Shown here in pieces: positions 47,268 to 57,214 of a stretch of 64,000 bases of DNA (its first letter is position 1; each line of letters starts with the position of its first letter). The stretch covers positions 875 to 64,874 of the forward strand of contig CACEMI010000007.1 of the NCBI GenBank assembly GCA_902560585.1, in the 5' to 3' direction. Under the pieces are notes generated by a model. That model saw only the letters and a program-made list of their open reading frames with translations. It was not told the DNA's origin and ran no database searches. Position numbers and translations under genes: made by a program. The DNA is from an uncultured Pelagibacteraceae bacterium. Its GTDB lineage: Bacteria; Pseudomonadota; Alphaproteobacteria; Pelagibacterales; Pelagibacteraceae.

Positions 47268-48008
47268 TTAAATTGTCATTCCACCATCCACAGAAAAAGT
47301 ATTTCCTGTTGTAAATGTTGATTCATCACTAGCTAAATAAATAGCAAAATCAGCTATTTCTTGTGCAGTTCCTAGTCTTTCCATGGGTTGTCTTGCTATG
47401 AAATCTTTTTTTGCCTTAACTGGATCCGGGCTTTGTTTTACTCTATCTTCCCAAGAAGGTGTGAATACGGTTCCAGGTGCAATTGCATTACATCTAATTT
47501 TTTGCTTAACAAAATCAGATGCGATTGATTTTGTTAGTCCAATAATAGCTGCTTTACTTGCTCCATATACAAATCTGTTTGGAAGTCCCTTAATACTAGA
47601 CGCAACAGAAGCAACATTAATAATACTACCTCCATCATTATTTATCATCGTTGGTAATGTAGCTTTACACATAAAGTACATAGATTTAATATTAGTATCA
47701 AAAGAAAAATCCCAATCTTTTTCTTCGCAATCTAAAATTGTTCCATGATGAACAAATCCTACTGCATTAAATAATACATCTATATTATTAAATGTATTAA
47801 TGAATTCTTTAATATCCTCGTTTCTTGTTGAATCTAGTTTTTTTACTTTAATTTTTGGGTATTCTTTATTTAATTCACTTAAAGTATTTTCATTAATATC
47901 AGTAGCAGTAACATTTGCGCCTTCGTTATGAAAAGTTATAGCTGTTGCTTTTCCTATCCCTTGTCCAGCTGCAGTAATGATTATTTCTTTTCCTTCAAGT
48001 CTTCCCAT
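47268..48008 (-). CDS. SDR oxidoreductase, 2-keto-3-deoxy-L-fuconate dehydrogenase/BDH2-like
   Basis: TAAGQGIG, GFVHHGTILDC, NRFVYGASK and FIARQP. Confidence 0.82.
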   Translation of the reverse strand: MGRLEGKEIIITAAGQGIGKATAITFHNEGANVTATDINENTLSELNKEYPKIKVKKLDSTRNEDIKEFINTFNNIDVLFNAVGFVHHGTILDCEEKDWDFSFDTNIKSMYFMCKATLPTMINNDGGSIINVASVASSIKGLPNRFVYGASKAAIIGLTKSIASDFVKQKIRCNAIAPGTVFTPSWEDRVKQSPDPVKAKKDFIARQPMERLGTAQEIADFAIYLASDESTFTTGNTFSVDGGMTI

Positions 48009-48870
48009 TATTTATCCTTTCAATTTCTTTATATAATGAACTATGATCTGTTTCGCCATGTCCATTTTCAACTAATGATTTATACATTTCTTTAACTAAA
48101 TTTGAAATAGGTAATTGAGTATTATAATTATTTGCACATTCTAATATATTATTCATATCTTTTAATTGACTTGAAGTTTTGCCTTTCGGACTAAAGTCTT
48201 TGTCTATCATTCTTTTTCCATGTGTTCTAAGAACTTTGCTATCAGCCCATCCTCCAGATAAAGCTTTAATCATTTTCTTTGGATCAGCGCCAGCCTTTTC
48301 ACAAAGAGTAACCGCTTCAGCAACAGCTCCAATCGCTAAGCCAACAATAATTTGATTTGCTAATTTAGAAACCTGACCACATCCTACTGGACCTACAAGA
48401 GTTGGATTTCCCATTGATTTTAAAATATCTTTAACTGAGTCAAAAACTACTTGTTCTCCACCAATCATTATTGCAAGAGATGCTTCTTCGGCTCCAATCG
48501 TTCCACCTGAAACTGGTGCATCTAAGAAATTAATTTTTTGAGATTTTAAATTTTTCCCGTGATTAACTGCTGTAGTTTGTTTTACAGAGCTCATATCAAT
48601 TACAGTTGAATTAGGTTTTAAATTATTTAAAAATTCATCACTACCTATAACTTCATTCACAGCATCATCATTCGTTAACATTGTAATTACTACATCGCTT
48701 GCTTTAACAAGTTCTCCTATTGAATTTGAAATTTCGGCACCAAAGTCTTTTAGTGGTTCAGCTTTATTTATAGATCTATTAAATGCTTTAACTGTGTATC
48801 CAGCTTTAAGTATATTTTTTGCCATTGGAAAGCCCATAAGGCCAGTACCAATAAAACCTATATTTTGCAT
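47995..48870 (-). CDS. Beta-hydroxyacid dehydrogenase (2-hydroxy-3-oxopropionate reductase-like)
   Basis: GFIGTGLMG, DAPVSGG and KLANQ motifs. Confidence 0.85.
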   Translation of the reverse strand: MQNIGFIGTGLMGFPMAKNILKAGYTVKAFNRSINKAEPLKDFGAEISNSIGELVKASDVVITMLTNDDAVNEVIGSDEFLNNLKPNSTVIDMSSVKQTTAVNHGKNLKSQKINFLDAPVSGGTIGAEEASLAIMIGGEQVVFDSVKDILKSMGNPTLVGPVGCGQVSKLANQIIVGLAIGAVAEAVTLCEKAGADPKKMIKALSGGWADSKVLRTHGKRMIDKDFSPKGKTSSQLKDMNNILECANNYNTQLPISNLVKEMYKSLVENGHGETDHSSLYKEIERINNGKT

Positions 48871-50192
48871 TATTTTCTAGGGACAAAATCGTGAAAGTTT
48901 TGTGTCATTGCTTCTGGAAAGAACATAACACAAGCTAAAACAATCAATTGAATTACTATAAATGGTGCAAAACCTCTAAAAATATCAGTTAGTGAAATGT
49001 GTGGTGGAGCAACTGATTTTAAATAGAATGCTGCAGGACCAAATGGTGGGCTTAAAAATGAAACTTGCATGTTTACACAGAACAATATTCCGAACCAAAT
49101 AGGATCAAAACCAAGAGCTAGAACTATTGGTAAAAAAACTGGCATTGCTAATAGAACTATTCCAACCCAATCCATAAATGCACCCATTATTAAAAACATT
49201 ATTTGCATCATAAAAATTAGATACATTGGTTTTAAATCGTAAGCTAAAATTGTTTCAGCGACATAAGTGGGTCCACCTGCAAGAGAATATGCTCCTGCTA
49301 AAACTGTAGCACCAAAAGTAATTGTTAATATAGTTCCTGAAGCTTTAAAAGTTCTAACAAGTGCATCTTTAAACAAAAACCATGTGAGCTCTTTTCTGGC
49401 AGCTATGATAATTAATGTTGCAACTACACCCATTCCAGCTGCCTCAGTAATTCCTGTCATTCCAGAATAAATTGAACCTAAAACAATTATCACAATACCA
49501 ATAGGTGGTAAAAGACCAGGAAGATACGACATCTTTTCTTTTAGAGTTAAAGCTGGCTCATCACTTAAAGGCGCAAGATGAGGTTGTAGTCTTGTTCGAA
49601 TAAGAATATATGTAATTATTAAACCTGAGATCATTAAACCAGGTACGATTGCCTCTTGAAACAACATGGTAATTGAAGTTTCTGTTGTAAGTCCATAAAT
49701 AATTAAAACAATAGATGGAGGGATCATTGTGCCTAAAGAACCTGATGCACAAATAATACCAATCGACATATCTTGATCATATTTCAATCTCAACATCTGA
49801 GGCAATGCAATTAGTCCTAATAAAACTATCTCTCCTCCAATAATTCCACTCATAGCTGCCATGATTGTTGCCATGATAGCTGTTACTACACCTACTCCAC
49901 CTCTAGTTTTTCTTAACCAAGCATTTAATGCATCATACAAGTCTCTTGCAATATTCGAGCGTTCGAGTAAGGAAGCCATAAATATAAATAACGGTACCGA
50001 TAAGAATGAATAAGTTACAACAAGAGAATAATATCTTGAGAGTAAAATTCCTAAAGCATGTTCACCTATATATAAAAATACAAGCACTGCTCCCATAAAA
50101 CCTGAAGCAAAACCCATTGGTACGCCAATTGATATCAGCGCTAATAATCCTACGATTAATATTATCGAGAGTGTACCTATCTCAAATTCCAT
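48870..50192 (-). CDS. TRAP transporter large permease (DctM-type)
   Basis: VPLFIFM, GSLGTMIPPS and LSPPFG motifs. Confidence 0.93.
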   Translation of the reverse strand: MEFEIGTLSIILIVGLLALISIGVPMGFASGFMGAVLVFLYIGEHALGILLSRYYSLVVTYSFLSVPLFIFMASLLERSNIARDLYDALNAWLRKTRGGVGVVTAIMATIMAAMSGIIGGEIVLLGLIALPQMLRLKYDQDMSIGIICASGSLGTMIPPSIVLIIYGLTTETSITMLFQEAIVPGLMISGLIITYILIRTRLQPHLAPLSDEPALTLKEKMSYLPGLLPPIGIVIIVLGSIYSGMTGITEAAGMGVVATLIIIAARKELTWFLFKDALVRTFKASGTILTITFGATVLAGAYSLAGGPTYVAETILAYDLKPMYLIFMMQIMFLIMGAFMDWVGIVLLAMPVFLPIVLALGFDPIWFGILFCVNMQVSFLSPPFGPAAFYLKSVAPPHISLTDIFRGFAPFIVIQLIVLACVMFFPEAMTQNFHDFVPRK

Positions 50193-50193
50193 T

Positions 50194-50778
50194 TTATTTT
50201 AAATCTTTGGCAGGTTGGTACTGTTTTTCCTTAGGATTTTTCCAATCAATAATTAAATTATTTATTGATTGTAGAGCAATGAGAAATATACAAATAAGTG
50301 TTAGTGGTTTCATAGTTGCAGGAATTGGTGGGTCCCAATAAGTTGCAAATCTTTCCCAATTTATAAATGATCTATATGCATCCTCCATTCCTCCATAAAT
50401 TACAGCAGCTGCAAAAGTAACAATAATTAAAGTGCTAATTAGATCAAAAATACGCTGAGTTGGCCTGCTTACATAGTCATATAATAAGACAATTCTGATA
50501 TGGCTTCTAAGTCTTGTTGCATAGATTCCGCCAACTAAATAACAAACACCAGCCAACCATAGACATAGCTCATTAACCCATAAGGTTGGTTTTTCCAGTA
50601 TATATCTCATGAAAATTTCGTACATCATTACGATTACAATTACGGGAATTAAATATTTAATTGTATGGCTTAAAAATAACGAAATTCTATCAATCCAAGT
50701 TATTGGAAAATCATCTTTACTTGCAACTTTTTCGTTTTGCTCTTGTAATTGTTTGTCTTGTAATTCTTTATCACTCAT
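50194..50778 (-). CDS. TRAP transporter small permease (DctQ-type)
   Basis: YEIFMRY...PTLW.NE and SHIRI motifs; four TM helices. Confidence 0.9.
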   Translation of the reverse strand: MSDKELQDKQLQEQNEKVASKDDFPITWIDRISLFLSHTIKYLIPVIVIVMMYEIFMRYILEKPTLWVNELCLWLAGVCYLVGGIYATRLRSHIRIVLLYDYVSRPTQRIFDLISTLIIVTFAAAVIYGGMEDAYRSFINWERFATYWDPPIPATMKPLTLICIFLIALQSINNLIIDWKNPKEKQYQPAKDLK

Positions 50779-50800
50779 TGGCAAAAAAAATTCTTTTGTG

Positions 50801-50825
50801 AGAAGGGCCTATTTTAGGCCCTTCT
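50801..50825 (-). terminator. Stem-loop after the TRAP binding-protein gene
   Basis: Perfect inverted repeat agaagggccta-ttt-taggcccttct. Confidence 0.72.
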
Positions 50826-50847
50826 ATGTTTTGTTAAGTGCTTTTTA

Positions 50848-51864
50848 TTATAGGATACCGTTAGCTTTCATGTAAGCTTTATGAATCTCTATAAGAGCAG
50901 CAGCTTCTGGAGACTTTTTCTTCCATTCTTCCCAAGCACCAAGTGCAGCTTGTCTGAATTTAAGTCTGTCCTCTCTAGACCAGTCATGAAGAGTAACGCC
51001 CATTTCTTTCAAAGCCTTTACAGCTTCTGCGTTTTTTCTTTCAACTAAGCTAGTGATAGTTCTACCACAGATTTCGATTGCAGCTAACATTGCGCCTTGT
51101 TCATGAGGCTTTAACTTGTTCCAAACTTTTGTGTTACAAGCTAAGTGGTCAGCTGGCATTGAGTGAAAACCTGGATATGTAGCATATTTGTTTTGCTCAT
51201 AGTGTCCACCAGCATAGTTTGTTGCTAATGATGAATAGTCAGCACCATCGATTAGACCAGTTTGTAAAGCAGTTGGAACTTCACCAAAGTCCATAACGAT
51301 TGGCTTAGCTCCTAATGCAGTAAAGATCATACTTTCCATTCCTGGAGGTGATCTAAATTTAAAGTCTTTTAGTGAAGCAACATCCGGAATTGGTCTACTA
51401 GATATTAAAGACTCATGTCCTGGTATCCACCAACCAATTAAAGTCATTCCATATTTATTGTAAAGTGCATCAACAGCTTCTTGAGCTCCTGGGAAATTCA
51501 AGAATTCATATTGTTGATATGGGTTATCATATCCACCCATTACATCACCTGCGAATTGGAACGCTGCATTTTTACCAGTTTGGTATCCAGCTCCTGTCAT
51601 ATCGCAGTCAATAATTCCAGTTTGTGCAGAGTTAAATACCTCGGCAGACTTACCTGTTACAGATGACGAGTAGAACATTTGCACTTTTAAGCTTCCGCCA
51701 GAGAACTTTTCTACGTTCTTAGCGAACTGAGCTGCAACTTCACCATTTGGTGAGCTTGCTGTGAAGTGAGTTTCTATTTTAAGCGTTTTTGCATGAGCAG
51801 AACCGAATAAAGCAATAGATACTACTGCAATAGCAGCTGTTAGTTTTGTTATTAATTTTAACAT
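50848..51864 (-). CDS. TRAP transporter substrate-binding protein (DctP-type)
   Basis: Signal peptide ending AHA, KFR (conserved Arg) and EVPTALQTGLIDG. Confidence 0.93.
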   Translation of the reverse strand: MLKLITKLTAAIAVVSIALFGSAHAKTLKIETHFTASSPNGEVAAQFAKNVEKFSGGSLKVQMFYSSSVTGKSAEVFNSAQTGIIDCDMTGAGYQTGKNAAFQFAGDVMGGYDNPYQQYEFLNFPGAQEAVDALYNKYGMTLIGWWIPGHESLISSRPIPDVASLKDFKFRSPPGMESMIFTALGAKPIVMDFGEVPTALQTGLIDGADYSSLATNYAGGHYEQNKYATYPGFHSMPADHLACNTKVWNKLKPHEQGAMLAAIEICGRTITSLVERKNAEAVKALKEMGVTLHDWSREDRLKFRQAALGAWEEWKKKSPEAAALIEIHKAYMKANGIL

Positions 51865-51986
51865 TATTTCCTCTCAGTTATGTTTTTTTTAAATTTAAAC
51901 ATAAAGATAAAAAGATTTCAAACAAAAGAGAGAAATTATGTATAGATACTATATGTAATTTAAGATTTACAACTTTTGATTGTATA

Positions 51987-52955
51987 CTAAATTACTTCTG
52001 AAAGTAGTGGCTTATTTGAGAAAAAACACTTTAAATTATTAACTGCTAACATACTCATTGCTAATCTCGTCTCATGTGTGGCGCTTCCAACATGAGGTAA
52101 AACAAAACAGTTATCTAATTCTAAATATCTTTTATCTAGATTTGGTTCATTATTAAACACATCAAGTCCGGCAGCATAAATTTTTTTGTTTTTCAAAGCT
52201 TCTATTAGTGCATCGTCATCTACAGTCGAGCCTCTTGATGTATTAATAAATACTGAATGCTTTGGAAACAATTTCAAGGTTTCTGAATTAATTATATTTT
52301 TAGTTTCTGGAGTAGCAGGCGTATGTAAACTTATATAATCACAGTTAGGTAGCATATATTTTAAATCTGAATAATAAGTAGCATCTTTTTCAAGATCTTT
52401 AGATAATTTGCTTCTATTGAAATAAATTATTTTCATTTTAAAAGCTCTCGCTCTCTCAGCCACGATCTGACCAATTCTACCCATTCCTATGATGCCTAAA
52501 GTTTTCCCAGTAATTTCATTACCTACCATTAATTTAGTAATATCTGGTCTGTGATCTTTCCAAGTATTTGTCTTTACCAAATTGTAAGCTTCTCCAATTC
52601 TTCTTGAAGATGCTAAAATTAGTAGAATAGTTATTTCTGCTACAGCATCGTTTAATACATTCGGTGTGTTCGATACTTTTATATTTTTTTCCTTAGCTGA
52701 TTGAGTATTTATATTATCATATCCAACTCCAACATGACCAATTACTTTTAACCTCCCTGTCAAACTATCAAAGAAATTCTTATCTAATTTGTCAAAACTT
52801 GTTGAAATTAATCCATCATAATTATTTACAAGTTTAATTAATTCCTCATACGAATAAGGTTTGTCCTTCAAATTTAAAGTAACATCGAATTCTTGTTTTA
52901 ATATTTCCTCTGCTCCATCAGAGATTTTTCTAGAAACTAATATTTTTGGTTTCAT
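51987..52955 (-). CDS. D-2-hydroxyacid dehydrogenase (glyoxylate/hydroxypyruvate reductase-like)
   Basis: VGYDNI, NTPNVL, GMGRIG, NTSRG, LDVF..EP and PHVGSAT. Confidence 0.9.
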   Translation of the reverse strand: MKPKILVSRKISDGAEEILKQEFDVTLNLKDKPYSYEELIKLVNNYDGLISTSFDKLDKNFFDSLTGRLKVIGHVGVGYDNINTQSAKEKNIKVSNTPNVLNDAVAEITILLILASSRRIGEAYNLVKTNTWKDHRPDITKLMVGNEITGKTLGIIGMGRIGQIVAERARAFKMKIIYFNRSKLSKDLEKDATYYSDLKYMLPNCDYISLHTPATPETKNIINSETLKLFPKHSVFINTSRGSTVDDDALIEALKNKKIYAAGLDVFNNEPNLDKRYLELDNCFVLPHVGSATHETRLAMSMLAVNNLKCFFSNKPLLSEVI

Positions 52956-54731
52956 CTAATGGGAGTTTCTTAAAATACCCTTAGTTTTAGTAATATCTAA
53001 ATATTGATCTCTTGACATTATACATGCTCCATCTTCGAGTTGACCAACATTTGATCTAGAAATTTCTTGCCAAGGAGTTTGGTTATTCAGTTTTTTTATT
53101 TTTTTCTTTTTTCTTCTTTTTGTAAATTCTAATTTTGTTATTTGAAGGTCTACTCTTCTTTTATTTAAATCTATTGTCATTTTATCGCCAGTTTTAACAA
53201 TTGCTAAATCTCCACCTACTGCAGATTCTGGTGATACATGAAGTATTGATGGACTTTCTGAGGTACCGCTCTGTCTACCGTCACCAAGCGTTGGTAAAGC
53301 ATTTATGCCCTTTTTTAATAGTCTATCTGGTGGTTGCATGTTCACCACTTCAGCAGATCCTGGATATCCAACAGGTCCACATCCTCTTATTATTAAGATT
53401 GAATTTTCATCAATCTTTAACTTTTTGCTGTTTATTCTTTTATGATAATCTTCAGGTCCTTCAAAAACTACAGCTTTACCTTTAAAGACATTTGGATGTT
53501 TAGGATTTGACAAATATCTTTCCCTAAATTCTTTGCTAATAACTGAAGTTTTCATGATTGCTGATGAAAAGAAATTACCTTTCATAACTAAAAAACCTGC
53601 CTTATCAGTTAAGTTATCTTTGAAAGTTTTTATTACATCTCTATCAACATTGATTTTTTTTCTTAAGTTTTGAGCAACTGTTTTTCCTGTTACGGTTATT
53701 AAGTTTTGATGGATTTTTTTATGCTTCATTAATTCTTTCATGATTGCAGGTATACCACCTGCTCTGTAAAAACCTTCCATTAAATGTTCTCCAGCAGGTT
53801 GGCAGTTCGCCAGTAAAGGTATTTTGTGCCCTAATTTTTGCCAATTGGATAAATCGAATTTTACACCCATGTGTTTTGCAATTGCAATTAAATGAGTAGT
53901 ACAATTACTTGATGCACCTATAGCACTAGCAACGACAACTGCATTTTCAAATGCTTTCTTTGTCATAATTTTTGAAGGTGTAAGATCTTCGTGAACCATA
54001 TTTACAATTCTTGATCCTGTCTCAAAAGAAATTTGTTCTCTTTCTCTATAAGGTGCTGGTATCACCGCACATCCAGGTAAAGACATTCCTAATGCCTCTG
54101 CAACTGAATTCATTGAGGAAGCAGTTCCCATTGTATTACAGTGTCCAGGACTTGGTGATGATGCTGCTGCCATATCCATGAATTCTTCATAATTAATTTC
54201 TCCCTTAGCATGTAGTCTTCTAGCCTCCCAAATAATGGTTCCTGCTCCAGCTTTCTTGCCCTTATAATTTCCATCAAGCATTGGGCCACCTGATAAAACA
54301 ATTGCTGGTATATTTACTGTTGCGGCTGCCATTAATGCTGCTGGAGTAGTTTTATCACATCCAGTTGTAAGTATTACTCCATCTATTGGATATCCATATA
54401 GAACTTCGACTAATGATAAATATGATAAATTTCTATCTAACATTGCAGTAGGTTTTTTTCCAGTTTCTTGAATTGGGTGAGTAGGAAATTCCATAGGAAT
54501 GCCTCCTGCTCTTCTAATTCCATCTTTAATTCTTTTACTCAAGGATAGAAAATGTCTATTACATGGAGATAAATCACTACCTGATTGAGCAATACCTATT
54601 ATTGGATTACCAGATTGAAGCTCTTCTCTTGTAAGTCCATAATTTAGATATCTTTCCAAATACATCGCTGTCATACCTGGATCTTTAGGATCATCAAACC
54701 ACTGCTTGCTTCTTAAATTCTTTTTTTTCAT
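52956..54731 (-). CDS. IlvD/Edd-family sugar-acid dehydratase (D-xylonate dehydratase XylD-like)
   Basis: MTAMYLERYLNYG, SDLSPCN, GCDKT, GHCNTMGTA and GDGRQSGTS resemble Caulobacter XylD. Confidence 0.85.
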   Translation of the reverse strand: MKKKNLRSKQWFDDPKDPGMTAMYLERYLNYGLTREELQSGNPIIGIAQSGSDLSPCNRHFLSLSKRIKDGIRRAGGIPMEFPTHPIQETGKKPTAMLDRNLSYLSLVEVLYGYPIDGVILTTGCDKTTPAALMAAATVNIPAIVLSGGPMLDGNYKGKKAGAGTIIWEARRLHAKGEINYEEFMDMAAASSPSPGHCNTMGTASSMNSVAEALGMSLPGCAVIPAPYREREQISFETGSRIVNMVHEDLTPSKIMTKKAFENAVVVASAIGASSNCTTHLIAIAKHMGVKFDLSNWQKLGHKIPLLANCQPAGEHLMEGFYRAGGIPAIMKELMKHKKIHQNLITVTGKTVAQNLRKKINVDRDVIKTFKDNLTDKAGFLVMKGNFFSSAIMKTSVISKEFRERYLSNPKHPNVFKGKAVVFEGPEDYHKRINSKKLKIDENSILIIRGCGPVGYPGSAEVVNMQPPDRLLKKGINALPTLGDGRQSGTSESPSILHVSPESAVGGDLAIVKTGDKMTIDLNKRRVDLQITKLEFTKRRKKKKIKKLNNQTPWQEISRSNVGQLEDGACIMSRDQYLDITKTKGILRNSH

Positions 54732-54796
54732 CAAATTATAAATATATTATTTAAATTAAATTAATTTATAATATTTTATAAAACTTATATTAAAAA

Positions 54797-56302
54797 ATGA
54801 ATAGTCTAATTGTTCTCAATAAAAACGATAATGTTGGTGTAAGTCAATTCATAATACCAGAAAAAACAAAAATTGATGGTCAGGATATTAGCACTATTGA
54901 TCCAATACCTTTTGGGCATAAAGTTTGTTTAAAACCTATAAACAAAGGTGATCCTATAATTAAATATGATCAAATAATAGGATTTGCTTCTAAAAACATA
55001 AATGCAGGTGAACATGTCCATTCTCATAATTTAGAATTCAAAGAATTTGAGAGAAACTTCAAAGTAAAAAACAAAAAAACAATTGTAGATGAAAATATAG
55101 ATACCTTTTTCAATGGAATTTTGAGAGAAAATGGTCAAGTGGCTACAAGAAACTATATAGGAATTGTGAGTACAGTAAATTGTTCAGCTACTGTAACTAA
55201 AATGATTGTTGAAAAAATAAAATATTCAAACATCTTAAATGATTACCCTAATATAGATGGAGTGGTGCCAATTACTCATTCAACTGGATGCGGTATGAAT
55301 ACAGTTAGTGAGGGTATGCAAATGTTTCAAAGAACTATTGATGGTTTTAAAAATCATCCAAATTTTTCACACGTTTTTGTTATTGGTTTAGGTTGTGAAT
55401 GTGCACAAGTAAGTTTATTTGATGAGTCTGTAAAAAAACATAATAGGATACATTTTCTAACTATTCAGGATGAAGGTGGTACAAAAAAAATTGTAGAGAA
55501 AGTCTTATCTCAAATTAAAAATCTGTTATCTGAGGCTAATGATATTAAAAGAACTCCAGTGCCAGTGAGTAACTTAACATTAGCTCTTCAATGCGGAGGA
55601 TCAGATGGGTATTCTGGTATAACCGCAAATCCAGCTTTAGGTGTAGCAGCTGATATGTTGGTAAAAAAGGGAGGGAGTTCAATATTATCAGAGACGCCAG
55701 AGATATATGGCGCTGAACATCTATTGATAAACAGAGCAAATAGCAAAGAAACAGCAGACAAATTAATGAAAAGGTTAGAATGGTGGAAACATTATACCTC
55801 AATAAATAACAGTACTATGGACAATAATCCTGCGCCTGGAAATAAAAGAGGTGGCTTAACGACAATTCTAGAAAAATCTCTTGGTGCAGTTGCAAAAGGC
55901 GGTAAGTCAATTTTAGAAGATGTACTGGAATATGCGGAGCCATTGAAAAATAAAGGTTTTAATTTTATGGACTCGCCTGGGTATGATCCAGTTTCTGTTA
56001 CAGGTCAAGTTGCTTCAGGAGCAAATGTTATTTGTTTTACTACCGGAAGAGGATCTTGTTTTGGATGCAAACCAGTACCAAGTTTAAAATTATCCACCAA
56101 CACTGCAATGTATGAAAAAATGGAAGAAGATATGGATATTAATTGTGGGACTATCGCTGAAGGAAAAGAAGATATTGAAAAAGTTGGGGGTAAAATATTT
56201 GATCTTGTTGTAAATACTGCTTCAGGGAATAAATCAAAAAGTGAAATTAATGGCTACGGTGATGAGGAGTTTAATCCTTGGCAAGTAGGCGTTGTGATGT
56301 AA
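54797..56302 (+). CDS. UxaA-family altronate/galactarate dehydratase
   Basis: N-terminal SAF domain (IPFGHK, HVHSHN), GLGCE, CGGSD, GNKRGGLTTILEKSLG and FTTGRG. Confidence 0.9.
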   Translation: MNSLIVLNKNDNVGVSQFIIPEKTKIDGQDISTIDPIPFGHKVCLKPINKGDPIIKYDQIIGFASKNINAGEHVHSHNLEFKEFERNFKVKNKKTIVDENIDTFFNGILRENGQVATRNYIGIVSTVNCSATVTKMIVEKIKYSNILNDYPNIDGVVPITHSTGCGMNTVSEGMQMFQRTIDGFKNHPNFSHVFVIGLGCECAQVSLFDESVKKHNRIHFLTIQDEGGTKKIVEKVLSQIKNLLSEANDIKRTPVPVSNLTLALQCGGSDGYSGITANPALGVAADMLVKKGGSSILSETPEIYGAEHLLINRANSKETADKLMKRLEWWKHYTSINNSTMDNNPAPGNKRGGLTTILEKSLGAVAKGGKSILEDVLEYAEPLKNKGFNFMDSPGYDPVSVTGQVASGANVICFTTGRGSCFGCKPVPSLKLSTNTAMYEKMEEDMDINCGTIAEGKEDIEKVGGKIFDLVVNTASGNKSKSEINGYGDEEFNPWQVGVVM

Positions 56303-56329
56303 CTTTTGATTAATTTATAAAAACTACCC

Positions 56330-57214
56330 ATGCCTAAAAATCAAAAAGCTTCTTTGATAAAAGTAATATTTCTATCTGCATCTGGTTTTTTTTTATTTGT
56401 ATGCATGGATTCCACAGCAAAATATTTAGGAAGTGTTATGCCTGTTACACAAGCTGTATGGGGTAGATTTTTTTTTCACTTTGTTGCGCTTTGTGTTTAT
56501 TTTTTACTTTTTAAGCCAAAACTTAATTTAACAAGAAATTTTAATATTCAAATTGTAAGGTCTTTATTAATGGTAACTGCAACTTTTTTTATGTTTAATT
56601 CATTACAAAGATTTGATTTAGTTGATATTTATGTAGTTTTTTTTAGTGCACCACTAATTGTTTCGCTATTATCAGCATACTTCTTAAAAGATATTTTATC
56701 ACCAAAAGGTATAGTTTTAATGTTGTTAAGTTTTGGATCAATTGTTTATGCTTTAGGGCCTAGTATGAAAATATTATCTCCAGAGCTTATATTCCCAATA
56801 GTACCTCCGTTATGCTGGGCACTTTATCAATTCTTTACAAAACTTATTTCTGGGAACAATGAACCTTTTTCAGCGGTTTTTTATACTGCAGTTACTGGTG
56901 CTTTAATATTTACTATTTATATTTCTTTTAATTGGGTGCCAATTGAGAACAATATTTATTGGATTGGTTTAGTAGCTATGGGAATTTTTGGCTTCGTAAG
57001 TCATTTTATAATTATTTATGCAATTCAGTTGTCAAATTTATCTTTTGTAACTAACTTTCAATATTCACAGTTATTATGGTCAACTATAATTAATTTTTTA
57101 ATTTTTGGAGTACCTGCAGATATAAGCAAAATAATAGGTCTTATAGGTATTATAATTTTCGGAGTTTTGTTTATTAGAGTTGAAGGATCAAAAAAGGTCA
57201 AAAAAATTAGTTAA
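56330..57214 (+). CDS. EamA/DMT-family transporter
   Basis: MDSTAKYL, FFSAPL and FQYSQL; about 10 TM helices. Confidence 0.88.
   Translation: MPKNQKASLIKVIFLSASGFFLFVCMDSTAKYLGSVMPVTQAVWGRFFFHFVALCVYFLLFKPKLNLTRNFNIQIVRSLLMVTATFFMFNSLQRFDLVDIYVVFFSAPLIVSLLSAYFLKDILSPKGIVLMLLSFGSIVYALGPSMKILSPELIFPIVPPLCWALYQFFTKLISGNNEPFSAVFYTAVTGALIFTIYISFNWVPIENNIYWIGLVAMGIFGFVSHFIIIYAIQLSNLSFVTNFQYSQLLWSTIINFLIFGVPADISKIIGLIGIIIFGVLFIRVEGSKKVKKIS

Noticed and set aside
47383-47748. 121-aa plus-strand ORF and other short antisense ORFs in the track
   Set aside because: Fully overlap well-supported genes on the opposite strand and have no recognisable motifs
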